Origin: Obrimoposthia wandeli
Lineage: Eukaryota
Assembly: GCA_977020255.1 (NCBI GenBank)
Contig: CDROCS010000253.1
Span: 4,092,001 to 4,156,000, forward strand
Direction of reading: 5' to 3'
DNA length: 64,000 nucleotides
The position numbers and the translations under genes are program-made. Below the pieces are notes generated by a model. The model did no database searches. It had not been told where the DNA came from and saw only the letters and a list, made by a program, of their open reading frames with translations. Positions 18,206 through 28,308 of this stretch are shown piece by piece; positions within the stretch are counted from its first letter, which is position 1; the number at the start of each line of letters is the position of its first letter.

Positions 18206-19477
18206 TTAGCCAATAGGTCGTAAATCATCAATAACTTTGCCATCATCTGCTAATGTGCCAACGCTAACTAATTCAACCGCACCATTGAGTTTGGTGATTT
18301 TTTTCAAACTCGTGCTAATACTGTCAATTTCACCAGCAATATCAGCGTCAGAATACGCTTTAGTATCTAACTCACATTGTAAGTTCATTTGGTCATTGTA
18401 ATTAACTTGAGTCACTGACAAACGCATTTTAGTGATGTGAGGATAAGCTTGTCTTACTTGCTCTATCTGCTCTGCATGCACAAACATACCTTTAATTTTA
18501 GTCGTTTGGTCGGCGCGACCTAACCAGCCCTTAATACACATATTCGTTCGACCACAGGCACTTATCCCTGATTTCACTGCAGATAAATCTCCAGTAGCAA
18601 AACGAATAAGCGGATAATCGATATTAAAGCTAGTGACAACAACTTCGCCTATTTCGCCATCGGCAACAGGCTCTAATGTGCCTGGACGGACAATTTCTAC
18701 CAGTAAATCTTCAGCAATAATAAAACCATCATCGCTTTTAGATTCAAAGCCAATAAGGCCAACATCGGCACTAGCATAGGCTTGTAAGGTGTTAATACCT
18801 GCTGCATCAAATTCAGCTCTAAGCCCTTTAGGCAGTGCTTCGCCTGTAACTAATGCTTTGGTAACACTTGAAATATCTCGGTTTTCAGCTTTAGCTTTAT
18901 CAAGTAAAATTTTCAAAAATGATGGTGTACCGCTGTAACCTTGAGGTTTTAAGTGCTCAATGATGTCAAGTTGCTGCTCAGTTTGTCCTGGCCCAGCAGG
19001 AATAACCACACAACCACAAGCTCTAGCGCCTGAGTCCAGAATAAACCCGCCTGGTGTTAAGTGATAAGACAAACAATTTTGCACTACATCGCCGGCTCTA
19101 AACCCAGCAGCATAGAATGCTTGGCCCACACGCCACCAATCATCACTGGTATTTTCAGGATCATAAATAGGTCCCGGTGATTGAAAAATTCTGCCTATGT
19201 TAGCCTTTTTAGCATTTAAGCCACCTAGTGGTGAGTCTTTTGCTTGTAGCTTCATTAAATCTGATTTACGGGTAATGGGAAGTTGCGCAAGCAATGCTCG
19301 GCTAGTAATTTTTTCAGCATCTATGTGCTGTAAAGCTTGCTCATAATGCTGACATTCTTGCTTAGCATAGGTGATAAAAGAAGGTAAACGCTCTAATAGA
19401 GACTGTTCACGTAATTCAGGATTTTGACATTCTCTTTCGTAAAAATATTGTTTCATGGTAACTCGATAATTTTTCAA
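18206..19477 (-). CDS. Phenylacetate-CoA ligase (PaaK)-like acyl-CoA ligase
   Basis: IFQSPGPIY, GTPSFL, ALVTGE, YASADVG, PLIRFATGDLS, GRADQTTKIKGMFV. Confidence 0.9.
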   Translation of the reverse strand: MKNYRVTMKQYFYERECQNPELREQSLLERLPSFITYAKQECQHYEQALQHIDAEKITSRALLAQLPITRKSDLMKLQAKDSPLGGLNAKKANIGRIFQSPGPIYDPENTSDDWWRVGQAFYAAGFRAGDVVQNCLSYHLTPGGFILDSGARACGCVVIPAGPGQTEQQLDIIEHLKPQGYSGTPSFLKILLDKAKAENRDISSVTKALVTGEALPKGLRAEFDAAGINTLQAYASADVGLIGFESKSDDGFIIAEDLLVEIVRPGTLEPVADGEIGEVVVTSFNIDYPLIRFATGDLSAVKSGISACGRTNMCIKGWLGRADQTTKIKGMFVHAEQIEQVRQAYPHITKMRLSVTQVNYNDQMNLQCELDTKAYSDADIAGEIDSISTSLKKITKLNGAVELVSVGTLADDGKVIDDLRPIG

Positions 19478-19556
19478 ATATGATCATTTCTAAATATGAA
19501 AACGTTAATTTTTCATGCTTTTTCTTATATCGTTTTTCATGTACTTTCAGAAAGCA

Positions 19557-19640
19557 GCCAGTTCGTTCTATTTTTAGGAGATAGCGCGGAGCTTACGAAT
19601 GTAAGTGAGCACTTTCGACAACAAAATCGAGTGAAATGGC
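19557..19640. repeat. ERIC-core-like hairpin lacking terminal repeats
   Basis: Central GGAGCTTAC-gaat-GTAAGTGA (19588-19608) resembles the ERIC core GGAGCTTAC-N4-GTAAGTGA; imperfect flanking arms. Confidence 0.5.
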
Positions 19641-19662
19641 AATAAGCTGGAATGTACATAGG

Positions 19663-20484
19663 TTATAACCAACGTTTACGTCTTTTATAAGACTTTAAGT
19701 TTTTAAAGCTTTTACGTTCTTCGTTGCCGCCACCTAAATAGAACTCTTTTACATCTTCATTGCTAAGCAATTGCTCTTGCGTACCATCAAGTACAATTTT
19801 ACCCGACTCCATAATGTAGCCATAATCAGCAGCCCTTATTGCATAGTTAGCATTTTGCTCAACCAACAACATGGTAATACCTTGATCTTGATTGATCTTT
19901 TTAATAATTCCGAAAACTTCTTTAACTAATAATGGAGATAAACCCATCGATGGTTCATCTAAACAGATCATTTTAGGACGAGCCATTAATGCTCTACCTA
20001 TGGCTAACATCTGTTGTTCACCACCTGATAAGTAACCCGCTAGACCTGTACGTTCTTTTAAACGAGGGAAATAGTTAAACACCATTTCAAGATCTTGATT
20101 TATTTGTGAATCGTTACGTGTATAAGCACCTAATTTTAGGTTTTCGATTGAGGTCATATCTTCGATAATACGACGACCTTCCATCACCTGAATTAAACCA
20201 CTACGGACAACATCCTCACCATTTTTCTTGTCAATACGCTCGCCCATAAAGGTAATGTCACCCTTAGTCACTTCACCGTATTCACTTTTAAGTAAGCCTG
20301 AAATCGCTTTCAGTGTTGTTGATTTCCCTGCACCATTAGGGCCAAGTAACGTGACAACGTCTCCTTCTGGTACGTCTAAGGTTACCCCTCGAAGTACTTG
20401 AATAACTTCGTCATAAACCACTTCAATGTTGTTAACCGATAACATGGGTGTAGCTGTTTGAATTTTAACTGCCGCCTGTGACAT
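19663..20484 (-). CDS. ABC transporter ATP-binding protein (LivF-like)
   Basis: GPNGAGKST, LSGGEQQMLAIGRALM, LDEPSMGL. Confidence 0.95.
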   Translation of the reverse strand: MSQAAVKIQTATPMLSVNNIEVVYDEVIQVLRGVTLDVPEGDVVTLLGPNGAGKSTTLKAISGLLKSEYGEVTKGDITFMGERIDKKNGEDVVRSGLIQVMEGRRIIEDMTSIENLKLGAYTRNDSQINQDLEMVFNYFPRLKERTGLAGYLSGGEQQMLAIGRALMARPKMICLDEPSMGLSPLLVKEVFGIIKKINQDQGITMLLVEQNANYAIRAADYGYIMESGKIVLDGTQEQLLSNEDVKEFYLGGGNEERKSFKNLKSYKRRKRWL

Positions 20485-20600
20485 AAATTTATACTCCGTT
20501 GAAACTATAACTACCCAACTTGTTGCTATTTAGCCTAATGGCTACAAGCTGAATAGTTATAAAATAATAGAACTTTCTACTAACTATTTAATGACGAGGA

Positions 20601-21875
20601 TTAGTAACCTAACCAATCATCACGACGTTCCAAGGTAACTTGTGATTCTTTTTCAACTTTAACACCACCGTTTTCGTAGTTACCTTTATAGATATTTACT
20701 TGGTTAATACCACGATGATCGTCATTGGTCCAAGTAGCAGCTAAACAAACACCTTCTAGACCTTTAGGTACCCAATTTTTCTTAACGTACATACCTTTTT
20801 TAACGTTTTCGCCAGTAATACCACCGTTCTCTTTAGCCCACTCCATTGCTTCTTTCATGAAGTATGTTGAACATACGCCGCGCATATAGTGATGAACGCG
20901 CGATTGTTCGCCTGATTTATCTGACATTTTTGAAATTTCATGTACCAATTTCATACCGGGTACATCATCACCCCAAAATGGTGTCATTGTTGGGAAGACG
21001 TAATCTTTGATACCTGAACCTGCAGCATTAAACATGTTTGCATCGCCACCCCAGATACTTGACATAAATTGAATATCTACACCAACAGTGTCACAAGATT
21101 TTATTAACGACAGCACTGAACCACCTATGTTAGCGACATAACCGTAGTTTGAACCCGAGCTTTTAATACTCAAACATTGCGCTTTAAAATCACCTGGTTT
21201 CATAGAGACAACCACTGGCTGTAAAACATCAAAGCCAAGCTCTTCCGCATATTCTGCACAAGCCGCTTTAGGCGCATTTGGGAAAGGATGGTTTGCACCA
21301 ATATGGGTGAATTTTGGTTTTCCGTTGCTGCCTTTGCTTTTCCAATCTTCAGCGGCCCATTGCACTAAACCACGACAAGCATCTGAGTAAGAAGCGCCAT
21401 AAAAGAAGTTATAAGGTGCTGGTTTCTTAGTGTGAGGGTTTTTGCCTGTTGGATCGGTTAAATGCCCAGAATAAGAGGCAGAAAAAACCGGTGTTTTATC
21501 ACGGGCAACAAACGAGATTAACGCTTCAGTATCCGCAGTACCCCAACCTTGCATAGCTACCATGCCTTCGCGTGATTTCCATTTTTTATAAGCGGCAATG
21601 GCTTGTGGCACTTTATAACCATAATCAATGGTTTCAGATCTAAGTTTAGTACCGCTAATACCACCATGGGCATTGATATAAGCAAGTGAATCACGCACAC
21701 CATTAGCATAGTTTTTACCTACAAAAGCAGTAGGACCTGACATGTCGGCTAAGTGACCAACAAAAACAGAGTCTTCTGCTTGAACTTGGCTAGTAAAACT
21801 TAAAGCGATACAAGTAGTAATTGAACTTAGTAATAATTTTTTATTGTTAACTCTAGTCATTTGAACGTTCCTCAA
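20601..21875 (-). CDS. ABC transporter substrate-binding protein (LivJ/branched-chain type); probable ATG start at 21860
   Basis: Signal peptide, VGHLADMSGPTAFVG, GWGTADTEAL; GAGG RBS before ATG 21860. Confidence 0.92.
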   Translation of the reverse strand: MRNVQMTRVNNKKLLLSSITTCIALSFTSQVQAEDSVFVGHLADMSGPTAFVGKNYANGVRDSLAYINAHGGISGTKLRSETIDYGYKVPQAIAAYKKWKSREGMVAMQGWGTADTEALISFVARDKTPVFSASYSGHLTDPTGKNPHTKKPAPYNFFYGASYSDACRGLVQWAAEDWKSKGSNGKPKFTHIGANHPFPNAPKAACAEYAEELGFDVLQPVVVSMKPGDFKAQCLSIKSSGSNYGYVANIGGSVLSLIKSCDTVGVDIQFMSSIWGGDANMFNAAGSGIKDYVFPTMTPFWGDDVPGMKLVHEISKMSDKSGEQSRVHHYMRGVCSTYFMKEAMEWAKENGGITGENVKKGMYVKKNWVPKGLEGVCLAATWTNDDHRGINQVNIYKGNYENGGVKVEKESQVTLERRDDWLGY

Positions 21876-22032
21876 CTTTTTATTTAGTACTGGCTTATAT
21901 AAGTAACCCGTTTATATAAGCCGGTAAGCAAGTGTTATTTTTATGTTTACTATTGCTTTTTAGCAGTTAGATAAATTGATTCATCTTGTCTAACTGCGCT
22001 TATTCACCATTCATTTTTCAGTGTTTTAAAAC

Positions 22033-23106
22033 CTAGTAAGCAAATGGATAGAATTTCCAATAATTTTTGATTTGTGCCCAACGATGCGCTATTCCTTCTG
22101 GCTCAAAAATTAAGAAGCCGATAATAACTAGGCCAATAGCCATTTCTTTGATGTAAGCTAAACCATCGACCACCATTGGGATATTGCCCCAATCAGTCAT
22201 TTTCATTACGCCAACACCGCTTTCTAATACTTCAGGTAAGAACACCATGAAGATGACTCCCATCAACGTACCTTTTATCGAACCTAAGCCACCGATAATG
22301 ATCATCGCTAAGAATTGAATAGACATCATGATGGTAAAACCTTCCGCCGATACATAACCTAAGTAATGAGCATATAACGCACCGCCAATACCGGCATAAA
22401 AAGAAGAGATACCAAATGAAAGTAAGCGATATTTATTTAACTTTACGCCCATGATTTCAGCAGATAAGTAATGGTCACGTACCGCAACAAAAGCACGTCC
22501 ATCACGGCTACGCATTAAGTTACAACCCCAGATAAACATAAAGACTAAAGAAAATAGCGCTATATAGTAAAAGCTTTGGTCGGTATCAAAAGCAAAACCG
22601 AATAAGCTTACTGGTTCGGCCATTGAACCTGATGCACCACCAGAGAACCAATCTGCACGAGCGAAGAAATCTTCTATAATAAATTGCGAGGCAAGTGTCG
22701 CTATCGCTAAATACAAACCTTTAATTCGAGCAGCTGGCGCACCAAACATCATGCCAACGCCCATGGTTAAGAAACCCGCTAAAGGAATACATAAAAACAC
22801 GGGAATATGTAAGCTGGTATTTAACCAGGCCGAGGCAAATGCACCAAAGCCAAAGAAAGCACCATGACCTAACGATATTTGCCCGGTGTAGCCAACTAAA
22901 ATATTCAAACCTAAGGCAGCAATGCCTAAGTAGGATATTTGAATTAATAAGGTAATAAAGTAACCATCAACAACTAACGGTGCAAAGCACAACGCTATAA
23001 TGGTAAAAATGGTCACCCAGCGGATGGTTTTTGTTTCAAAAATTGTATTATCTTGTTTATAGCTAGTACGGAAATCTCCGCACGGGCGCATACTTAAACT
23101 AGACAT
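22033..23106 (-). CDS. ABC transporter permease (LivM-like)
   Basis: GYTGQISLGHGAFFG, GRAFVAVRD, IIGGLGS. Confidence 0.94.
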   Translation of the reverse strand: MSSLSMRPCGDFRTSYKQDNTIFETKTIRWVTIFTIIALCFAPLVVDGYFITLLIQISYLGIAALGLNILVGYTGQISLGHGAFFGFGAFASAWLNTSLHIPVFLCIPLAGFLTMGVGMMFGAPAARIKGLYLAIATLASQFIIEDFFARADWFSGGASGSMAEPVSLFGFAFDTDQSFYYIALFSLVFMFIWGCNLMRSRDGRAFVAVRDHYLSAEIMGVKLNKYRLLSFGISSFYAGIGGALYAHYLGYVSAEGFTIMMSIQFLAMIIIGGLGSIKGTLMGVIFMVFLPEVLESGVGVMKMTDWGNIPMVVDGLAYIKEMAIGLVIIGFLIFEPEGIAHRWAQIKNYWKFYPFAY

Positions 23107-23209
23107 AAATCACTCCTAAATAATTGTTCGTTTTATTGATATTGTTAATTAAATTACGCTGGGCTTAACTAAACTCAGCTAAGCTCAGCTAAACAGCTCT
23201 AGATTTATG

Positions 23210-24103
23210 CTATATACGCTCAATGTCTTTGGTGCCGAATAAACCGTAAGGTTTGAACCAAAGAATAATTAACAACACATAAAATGGTGCGATATCGTAC
23301 ATATTACCAATGTGTAAATATTGACTATCAAAAAACTCAGCGACGTTTTCTAATACACCGATGATAAGACCGCCAACAATGGCGCCAACAATTGAATCCA
23401 ATCCGCCTAAAATAACTGCTGGGAATACTTTGATACCCATAATAGAAAGTGAATCTGAAACACCATTAACCATACCCAAAACTATCCCTGCAGTGGCAGA
23501 AACAGTTGCTGCAATACCCCAACTCATCGCAAATACATGCTTTACAGACACACCTAGACTTTGCGAAGCTTGTTGATCAAACGCAGTCGCTCTCATGGCT
23601 AAGCCATGTTTAGAGTGTTTAAAGAATAAATAGAACGCGACCATGATGATTAACGCAATTACCGTGCTCATTAAGTACGCCATTTCCACATTTAATCCTA
23701 AGATGTTAATACTTTGCGTATCAAATACTTGCGGGTAACTTTGTGGGGAGACACCAAATATCCATTTCATTAACGATTGGAAGAAAATAGAGAGCCCGAT
23801 AGTGACCATGATCACCGAAATAATAGGCTCACCAATCATAGGGCGCAGTACAACCATTTGTAACAGCACACCAAAACCAGCCATAAAGACCAGTGATAGT
23901 ATGAACCCTAGAAAGAATGGTAATTCTAAGTAAATCAATGACGCCCAACATACCCAGGCGCCAATAAGTAAAAACTCACCTTGGGCAAAGTTAACTATTT
24001 GTGTTGATTTATAAACCAACACAAAACACATACCAATAACACCGTACAACAAGCCAACAATAAGGCCATTGACGACTAATTGAGTTAAGAGTTCAAAATT
24101 CAT
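23210..24103 (-). CDS. ABC transporter permease (LivH-like)
   Basis: VNFAQGEF, GLAMRATA, ILGGLDSIVGAIVGG. Confidence 0.94.
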   Translation of the reverse strand: MNFELLTQLVVNGLIVGLLYGVIGMCFVLVYKSTQIVNFAQGEFLLIGAWVCWASLIYLELPFFLGFILSLVFMAGFGVLLQMVVLRPMIGEPIISVIMVTIGLSIFFQSLMKWIFGVSPQSYPQVFDTQSINILGLNVEMAYLMSTVIALIIMVAFYLFFKHSKHGLAMRATAFDQQASQSLGVSVKHVFAMSWGIAATVSATAGIVLGMVNGVSDSLSIMGIKVFPAVILGGLDSIVGAIVGGLIIGVLENVAEFFDSQYLHIGNMYDIAPFYVLLIILWFKPYGLFGTKDIERI

Positions 24104-26070
24104 GATGCTTTCCTCTGAGTTTGACTACTTGTTGATGAAACAGCACTACCATCATTTTCAATGACCGTAGCCACCTTAAGTGTTGTTTGAATACGTGAGC
24201 TACCACCATCTTGGAAGGTGATCACAGTATCAATATCAACTATCTCTTTGTTATCATAAATAGACTCAATAATGTCACCATATTTATCAGCAATAACAGT
24301 GCGTCGTACTTTACGCGTACGCGTTAATTCACCGTCATCTGCATCGAGCTCTTTATAAAGTAAAATAAACTTATTGATTTTTTGTGCGTCAGGTAATGTC
24401 GCGTTAACCTTTTCCACTTCTTCACTAAGCTTTTGATAAACCTCAGGCAAAGCGGAAAGACTGGTGTAGTTAGTAAAACCTAAACCTTGTTGTTCTGCCC
24501 ACTTAGAAACAATAGAGAAGCGAATACAAATAATGGCACTCAAGTAAGGTTTATCTTTACCCAAGATAACGGCTTCACCAATAAATGATGAGAATTTCAG
24601 TTTGTTTTCAATATATTGTGGTGAGTACTGAATACCATTACTGGTTTTAGCTAAATCTTTAATTCGGTCAATAATAACTAAGTGCCCTGAAGGTTTGAAA
24701 TAACCCGCATCGCCGGTATGCATCCAGCCATCAATAACATCTTCGTCATAGGCTTTTTGATTATCTAAATAACCGGTAAACATACCCACTGTTCTAGCGA
24801 TAACCTCACCAACACCTTCTTTATCCGTGTTAATGACTTTTACTTCGGCGGTATCAAAAGCAACTCCAACACTGTCGTAATCAACATCATTTTCGTTGTG
24901 TACTGTGTAAGCACCACATAATTCTGTTTGACCATAAAGCTGACGTAGCGGAACACCAATAGTTTGGAAGAACCTAAAAGTATCAGGACCCATTGCCGCG
25001 CCACCGGTTGCCGCTGATTTCAAATTACTGAAACCTAATCTATCTTTTAAGGCATTCATCAGTAAGAAATCGGCAAACTTAGAACGTTTACCCTCTAATT
25101 GTGCCTTTTCAGATATCGCAAAAGCATAATCAAATAATTTTTGTTTCAGTGGCGTTGAATCCATCATGCGGGCTTTAACGTCGGCTAAAATGCCTTCCCA
25201 AACGCGTGGTGCAAGTAAAACAAAATGAGGTCCAATTTCACGTAAATCGGCCATCAGTGTTTCTTGCCCTTCAACAAAGTTGACTATTTGACGAGAAATT
25301 AAGGCTTGGCCAACGGCATAAACTTGTTCCATGATCCATGGCAGTGGCAATACGGATACATAGTTATCGCCTGGTTGGCGAGGGTCAGCACGTAAATATG
25401 AACTACAGTGCTTAACAAAATTACCGCCACCTAAAAAGGCAATCTTAGGTTTTGAGGTTGTGCCTGATGTAGTACAGTAAATAGCAGTTTCATCAGCATT
25501 AGTTGCATCAACATAGGTGTCATATAACTCAGGTGACAATTTTTCTATTGCTTGTCCCTGCTTATATATCTCTTCAATGCTGATCAAGCGTTTATCGTCA
25601 TATTTGCGCATACCGCGCGGATCACAATAAACAATAATTTTTACATCGGAAATTTCTTCGCCTAACTCAAGCAACTTATCACACTGCTCTTCGTCTTCTG
25701 CGATAACAACAGTCGCATTACTTTTATTAAGTAAGTAAACCACTTCTTCATGTAAGGAGTCTTGGAAAATACCGATAGAGTAACAACCCATAGCATGCGC
25801 AGCTACTTCACCCCAAACCCACTCTGGTCTGTTATCACCTAATAAGGCGATAGCTTCTTTCGGATTAACACCCAATTTTATTAGCGCGAGTGATAACCAT
25901 TTAACGCGATTATTATAATCTTTCCAGTTAAATTCGTTCCAAATACCAAACTCTTTTTCACGCATGGCTGTATCATTTGGCCAGTTTTTAGCGTTATGTC
26001 TCAGTATTTTTGGAAAAGTGTCTAACTCCCCCATTTCATAATCTTTTGTTGCTGCTTGTAAGTTAGACAT
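24100..26070 (-). CDS. Long-chain-fatty-acid-CoA ligase (AMP-binding) embedded in the ABC operon
   Basis: TTSGTTSKPK P-loop, YGQTE, WMHTGDAG, IDRIKD. Overlaps the neighbouring genes by 1 and 4 bp, suggesting translational coupling. Confidence 0.93.
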   Translation of the reverse strand: MSNLQAATKDYEMGELDTFPKILRHNAKNWPNDTAMREKEFGIWNEFNWKDYNNRVKWLSLALIKLGVNPKEAIALLGDNRPEWVWGEVAAHAMGCYSIGIFQDSLHEEVVYLLNKSNATVVIAEDEEQCDKLLELGEEISDVKIIVYCDPRGMRKYDDKRLISIEEIYKQGQAIEKLSPELYDTYVDATNADETAIYCTTSGTTSKPKIAFLGGGNFVKHCSSYLRADPRQPGDNYVSVLPLPWIMEQVYAVGQALISRQIVNFVEGQETLMADLREIGPHFVLLAPRVWEGILADVKARMMDSTPLKQKLFDYAFAISEKAQLEGKRSKFADFLLMNALKDRLGFSNLKSAATGGAAMGPDTFRFFQTIGVPLRQLYGQTELCGAYTVHNENDVDYDSVGVAFDTAEVKVINTDKEGVGEVIARTVGMFTGYLDNQKAYDEDVIDGWMHTGDAGYFKPSGHLVIIDRIKDLAKTSNGIQYSPQYIENKLKFSSFIGEAVILGKDKPYLSAIICIRFSIVSKWAEQQGLGFTNYTSLSALPEVYQKLSEEVEKVNATLPDAQKINKFILLYKELDADDGELTRTRKVRRTVIADKYGDIIESIYDNKEIVDIDTVITFQDGGSSRIQTTLKVATVIENDGSAVSSTSSQTQRKAS

Positions 26071-26927
26071 TAGCTAGCCTCCCTCTCTTTATCGGTATTA
26101 GTGTCTTCTACTTCATCATCATCTTCGATACCAAGATAAGCGCGTTTAACATGTGGATCAGCCATCACTTCATCAGGTAAACCTGACATCAGCTTCTTAC
26201 CAAAATCAAGCACCATCACTTGGTGTGAAATATCCATTACTACGCCCATATCATGCTCAATCATCACTACTGTGATACCAAACTCTTCATTTAAATCGAG
26301 GATATAACGTGCCATATCTTCTTTTTCTTCTAAATTCATACCAGCCATTGGTTCATCAAGAAGAATTAATTTGGGTTTCAATGCCATGGCACGCGCTAGC
26401 TCAACACGCTTACGTAGACCATAAGACAAGGTGCCAGCAACAGATTTTCTGATATGAGAAATTTCTAGAAAATCGATAATTTCTTCACAATAACGACGGT
26501 GAGCAAGCTCTTCTTTTTGTGCCGGTGATGCCCAATATAAAGGACCCGTTAACCAGTTATTTTTCAATAGGTGATGACGGCCAACCATGATGTTGTCTAA
26601 AACCGACATATGACCAAACAGGGCTAAATTTTGAAAGGTTCGCCCCATACCAAGATCTGCTCTGTCATTTGGACGTAAATCAGTGACAATTTTGTCATTG
26701 AAAATAACATTTCCTGCAGTAGGCTCATATCGTCCAGAAATACAGTTAAGCATGGAGGTTTTACCAGCTCCGTTAGGACCGATAATGGAAAATACAGAGC
26801 CACGGGGAACTTCAAAGCTAACGTCGGTTAATGCTTTTACGCCACCGAACGCTAATGAAACATTCTCTACTTTGAGTATTGACTCAGTCATACTCACACT
26901 CCTCAATTGATAAAATAATATATGCAT
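26070..26927 (-). CDS. ABC transporter ATP-binding protein (LivG-like); probable start at 26891
   Basis: GPNGAGKTS, LSYGLRKRVELARA, LDEPMAG; GAGGAG RBS before ATG 26891. Confidence 0.95.
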   Translation of the reverse strand: MHILFYQLRSVSMTESILKVENVSLAFGGVKALTDVSFEVPRGSVFSIIGPNGAGKTSMLNCISGRYEPTAGNVIFNDKIVTDLRPNDRADLGMGRTFQNLALFGHMSVLDNIMVGRHHLLKNNWLTGPLYWASPAQKEELAHRRYCEEIIDFLEISHIRKSVAGTLSYGLRKRVELARAMALKPKLILLDEPMAGMNLEEKEDMARYILDLNEEFGITVVMIEHDMGVVMDISHQVMVLDFGKKLMSGLPDEVMADPHVKRAYLGIEDDDEVEDTNTDKEREAS

Positions 26928-26929
26928 AG

Positions 26930-26956
26930 AAAAAAGAGGGGGAACACTTCCCCCTC
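26930..26956 (-). terminator. Intrinsic terminator between the porin gene and the ABC genes
   Basis: GAGGGGG-aacactt-CCCCCTC hairpin with a U-tract on the minus strand (A run 26930-26935). Confidence 0.6.
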
Positions 26957-27003
26957 AAAAACGTAACAACAAAATGGGCGTTGTTACGTATACCAAGATA
27001 AAA

Positions 27004-28059
27004 CTAAAGTACGTACTTCATTGTTACTTGCGCATAATTTGAATCAGCATCTAGGCTGTCCTGTTTGAACTGGCCTACTTCAACACCTACCGCTAATTGC
27101 TTAGTTAAGTTTTGAAATAAGTTAACACTCCATTGACTGCTCTCAGCACCTGAAAAATCAGCTTCGGCTGCACCATAAAGTACGGTAGATCTTAATGTTT
27201 CAGTCCAATAATGGCGGTAAGCGGCAAGGTAAGCCGTGGTGTCTTCAACTTTTTCAACACCAGCACCATCTGTATTAATATCTTTAGTAAAGCCAACGCC
27301 AACATAACGACCTACTTCACCTTGATGGAATTGAAATCTGAAATCATCTTTACCAATAGTGTTAATACGACCGGCAATTGAACCACCAATGGCTGTTTCA
27401 GACTCACCCGAATTAGTATTTAGTTGACGACCTAAAGCAGAAAATGAAACAGAGCCCCAGTCACCTTTTAAGTTATAACGCGCTACCATATCTGGAACGC
27501 TGTCATTGGCGGTATCACCACCCCACGTTTCAGGATTCTCTAGTGAGAATTGGAAATCACCAACTGTGTAGCGAACTTGACCTTGACGAATAAACACTAA
27601 GCCCATTGTTGCACCAGCGAAATCTGCTGTTTCAGGAATAGCACTGGTATTCATAAAGGTTGACCACGTTTGCCCAGCTAGCACGTCTTTATATTTGATA
27701 AAAGCATGACGAAGACGAGGATGTGCAGAGTTTGAAACTACTTCGTTACCACCGCCGCCCCAAAAATCCATTTCAAGAAAGCCCATAACATCACCATGGG
27801 TATACTTAGTATTGAAACGAGTTTCATTAACAAAAAGATTAACCTGTGAAGCATCTTGAGGAAGTTTAGCGCCTGAACCAGTCCAAAAAGGCTTATAGGC
27901 TACATTACCATCAACATAGCGAGCATCGACTTTGATATATCCACCGAAAGATATTTTATCTTCATCTGATATTTTAATTTCGTAACCAGCATTTGCTGCG
28001 CTAGCAGCCACAAGTAAAGGTGAGGCGAGTAGTAGTTTTTTTAATTTATTGCTAACCAT
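27004..28059 (-). CDS. DcaP-family outer-membrane porin
   Basis: Signal peptide, FGGYIKVD, PRLRHAF, GQTWSTF, RQGQVRY, C-terminal aromatic beta-strand (MKYVL). Confidence 0.88.
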   Translation of the reverse strand: MVSNKLKKLLLASPLLVAASAANAGYEIKISDEDKISFGGYIKVDARYVDGNVAYKPFWTGSGAKLPQDASQVNLFVNETRFNTKYTHGDVMGFLEMDFWGGGGNEVVSNSAHPRLRHAFIKYKDVLAGQTWSTFMNTSAIPETADFAGATMGLVFIRQGQVRYTVGDFQFSLENPETWGGDTANDSVPDMVARYNLKGDWGSVSFSALGRQLNTNSGESETAIGGSIAGRINTIGKDDFRFQFHQGEVGRYVGVGFTKDINTDGAGVEKVEDTTAYLAAYRHYWTETLRSTVLYGAAEADFSGAESSQWSVNLFQNLTKQLAVGVEVGQFKQDSLDADSNYAQVTMKYVL

Positions 28060-28308
28060 TGCTATTTCCCTTGTTATATTTATTTTTTATTTGAACTTAT
28101 TATGTTTATCGAACTCAGGTTTACCTAATCATCATAAGCCAGTACAAAAATGTAACAATCGGAAATAAGACTTAGCACCAAGCGATTAGTCCTTTAGTCG
28201 TAGACAATAATCTACCGAAGGATTAGCGTTTAAGCCTTAGAAATATAGGGGTTTTTATCTAAAGAAATATGTTAACTTTAGTGGTAGATAAGTAGTTAAG
28301 AGAATTAT

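Noticed and set aside
23150-23200. Short tandem CTCAGCTAA x2 between permease genes
   Set aside because: Too short and low-copy to indicate phase variation or a repeat family.
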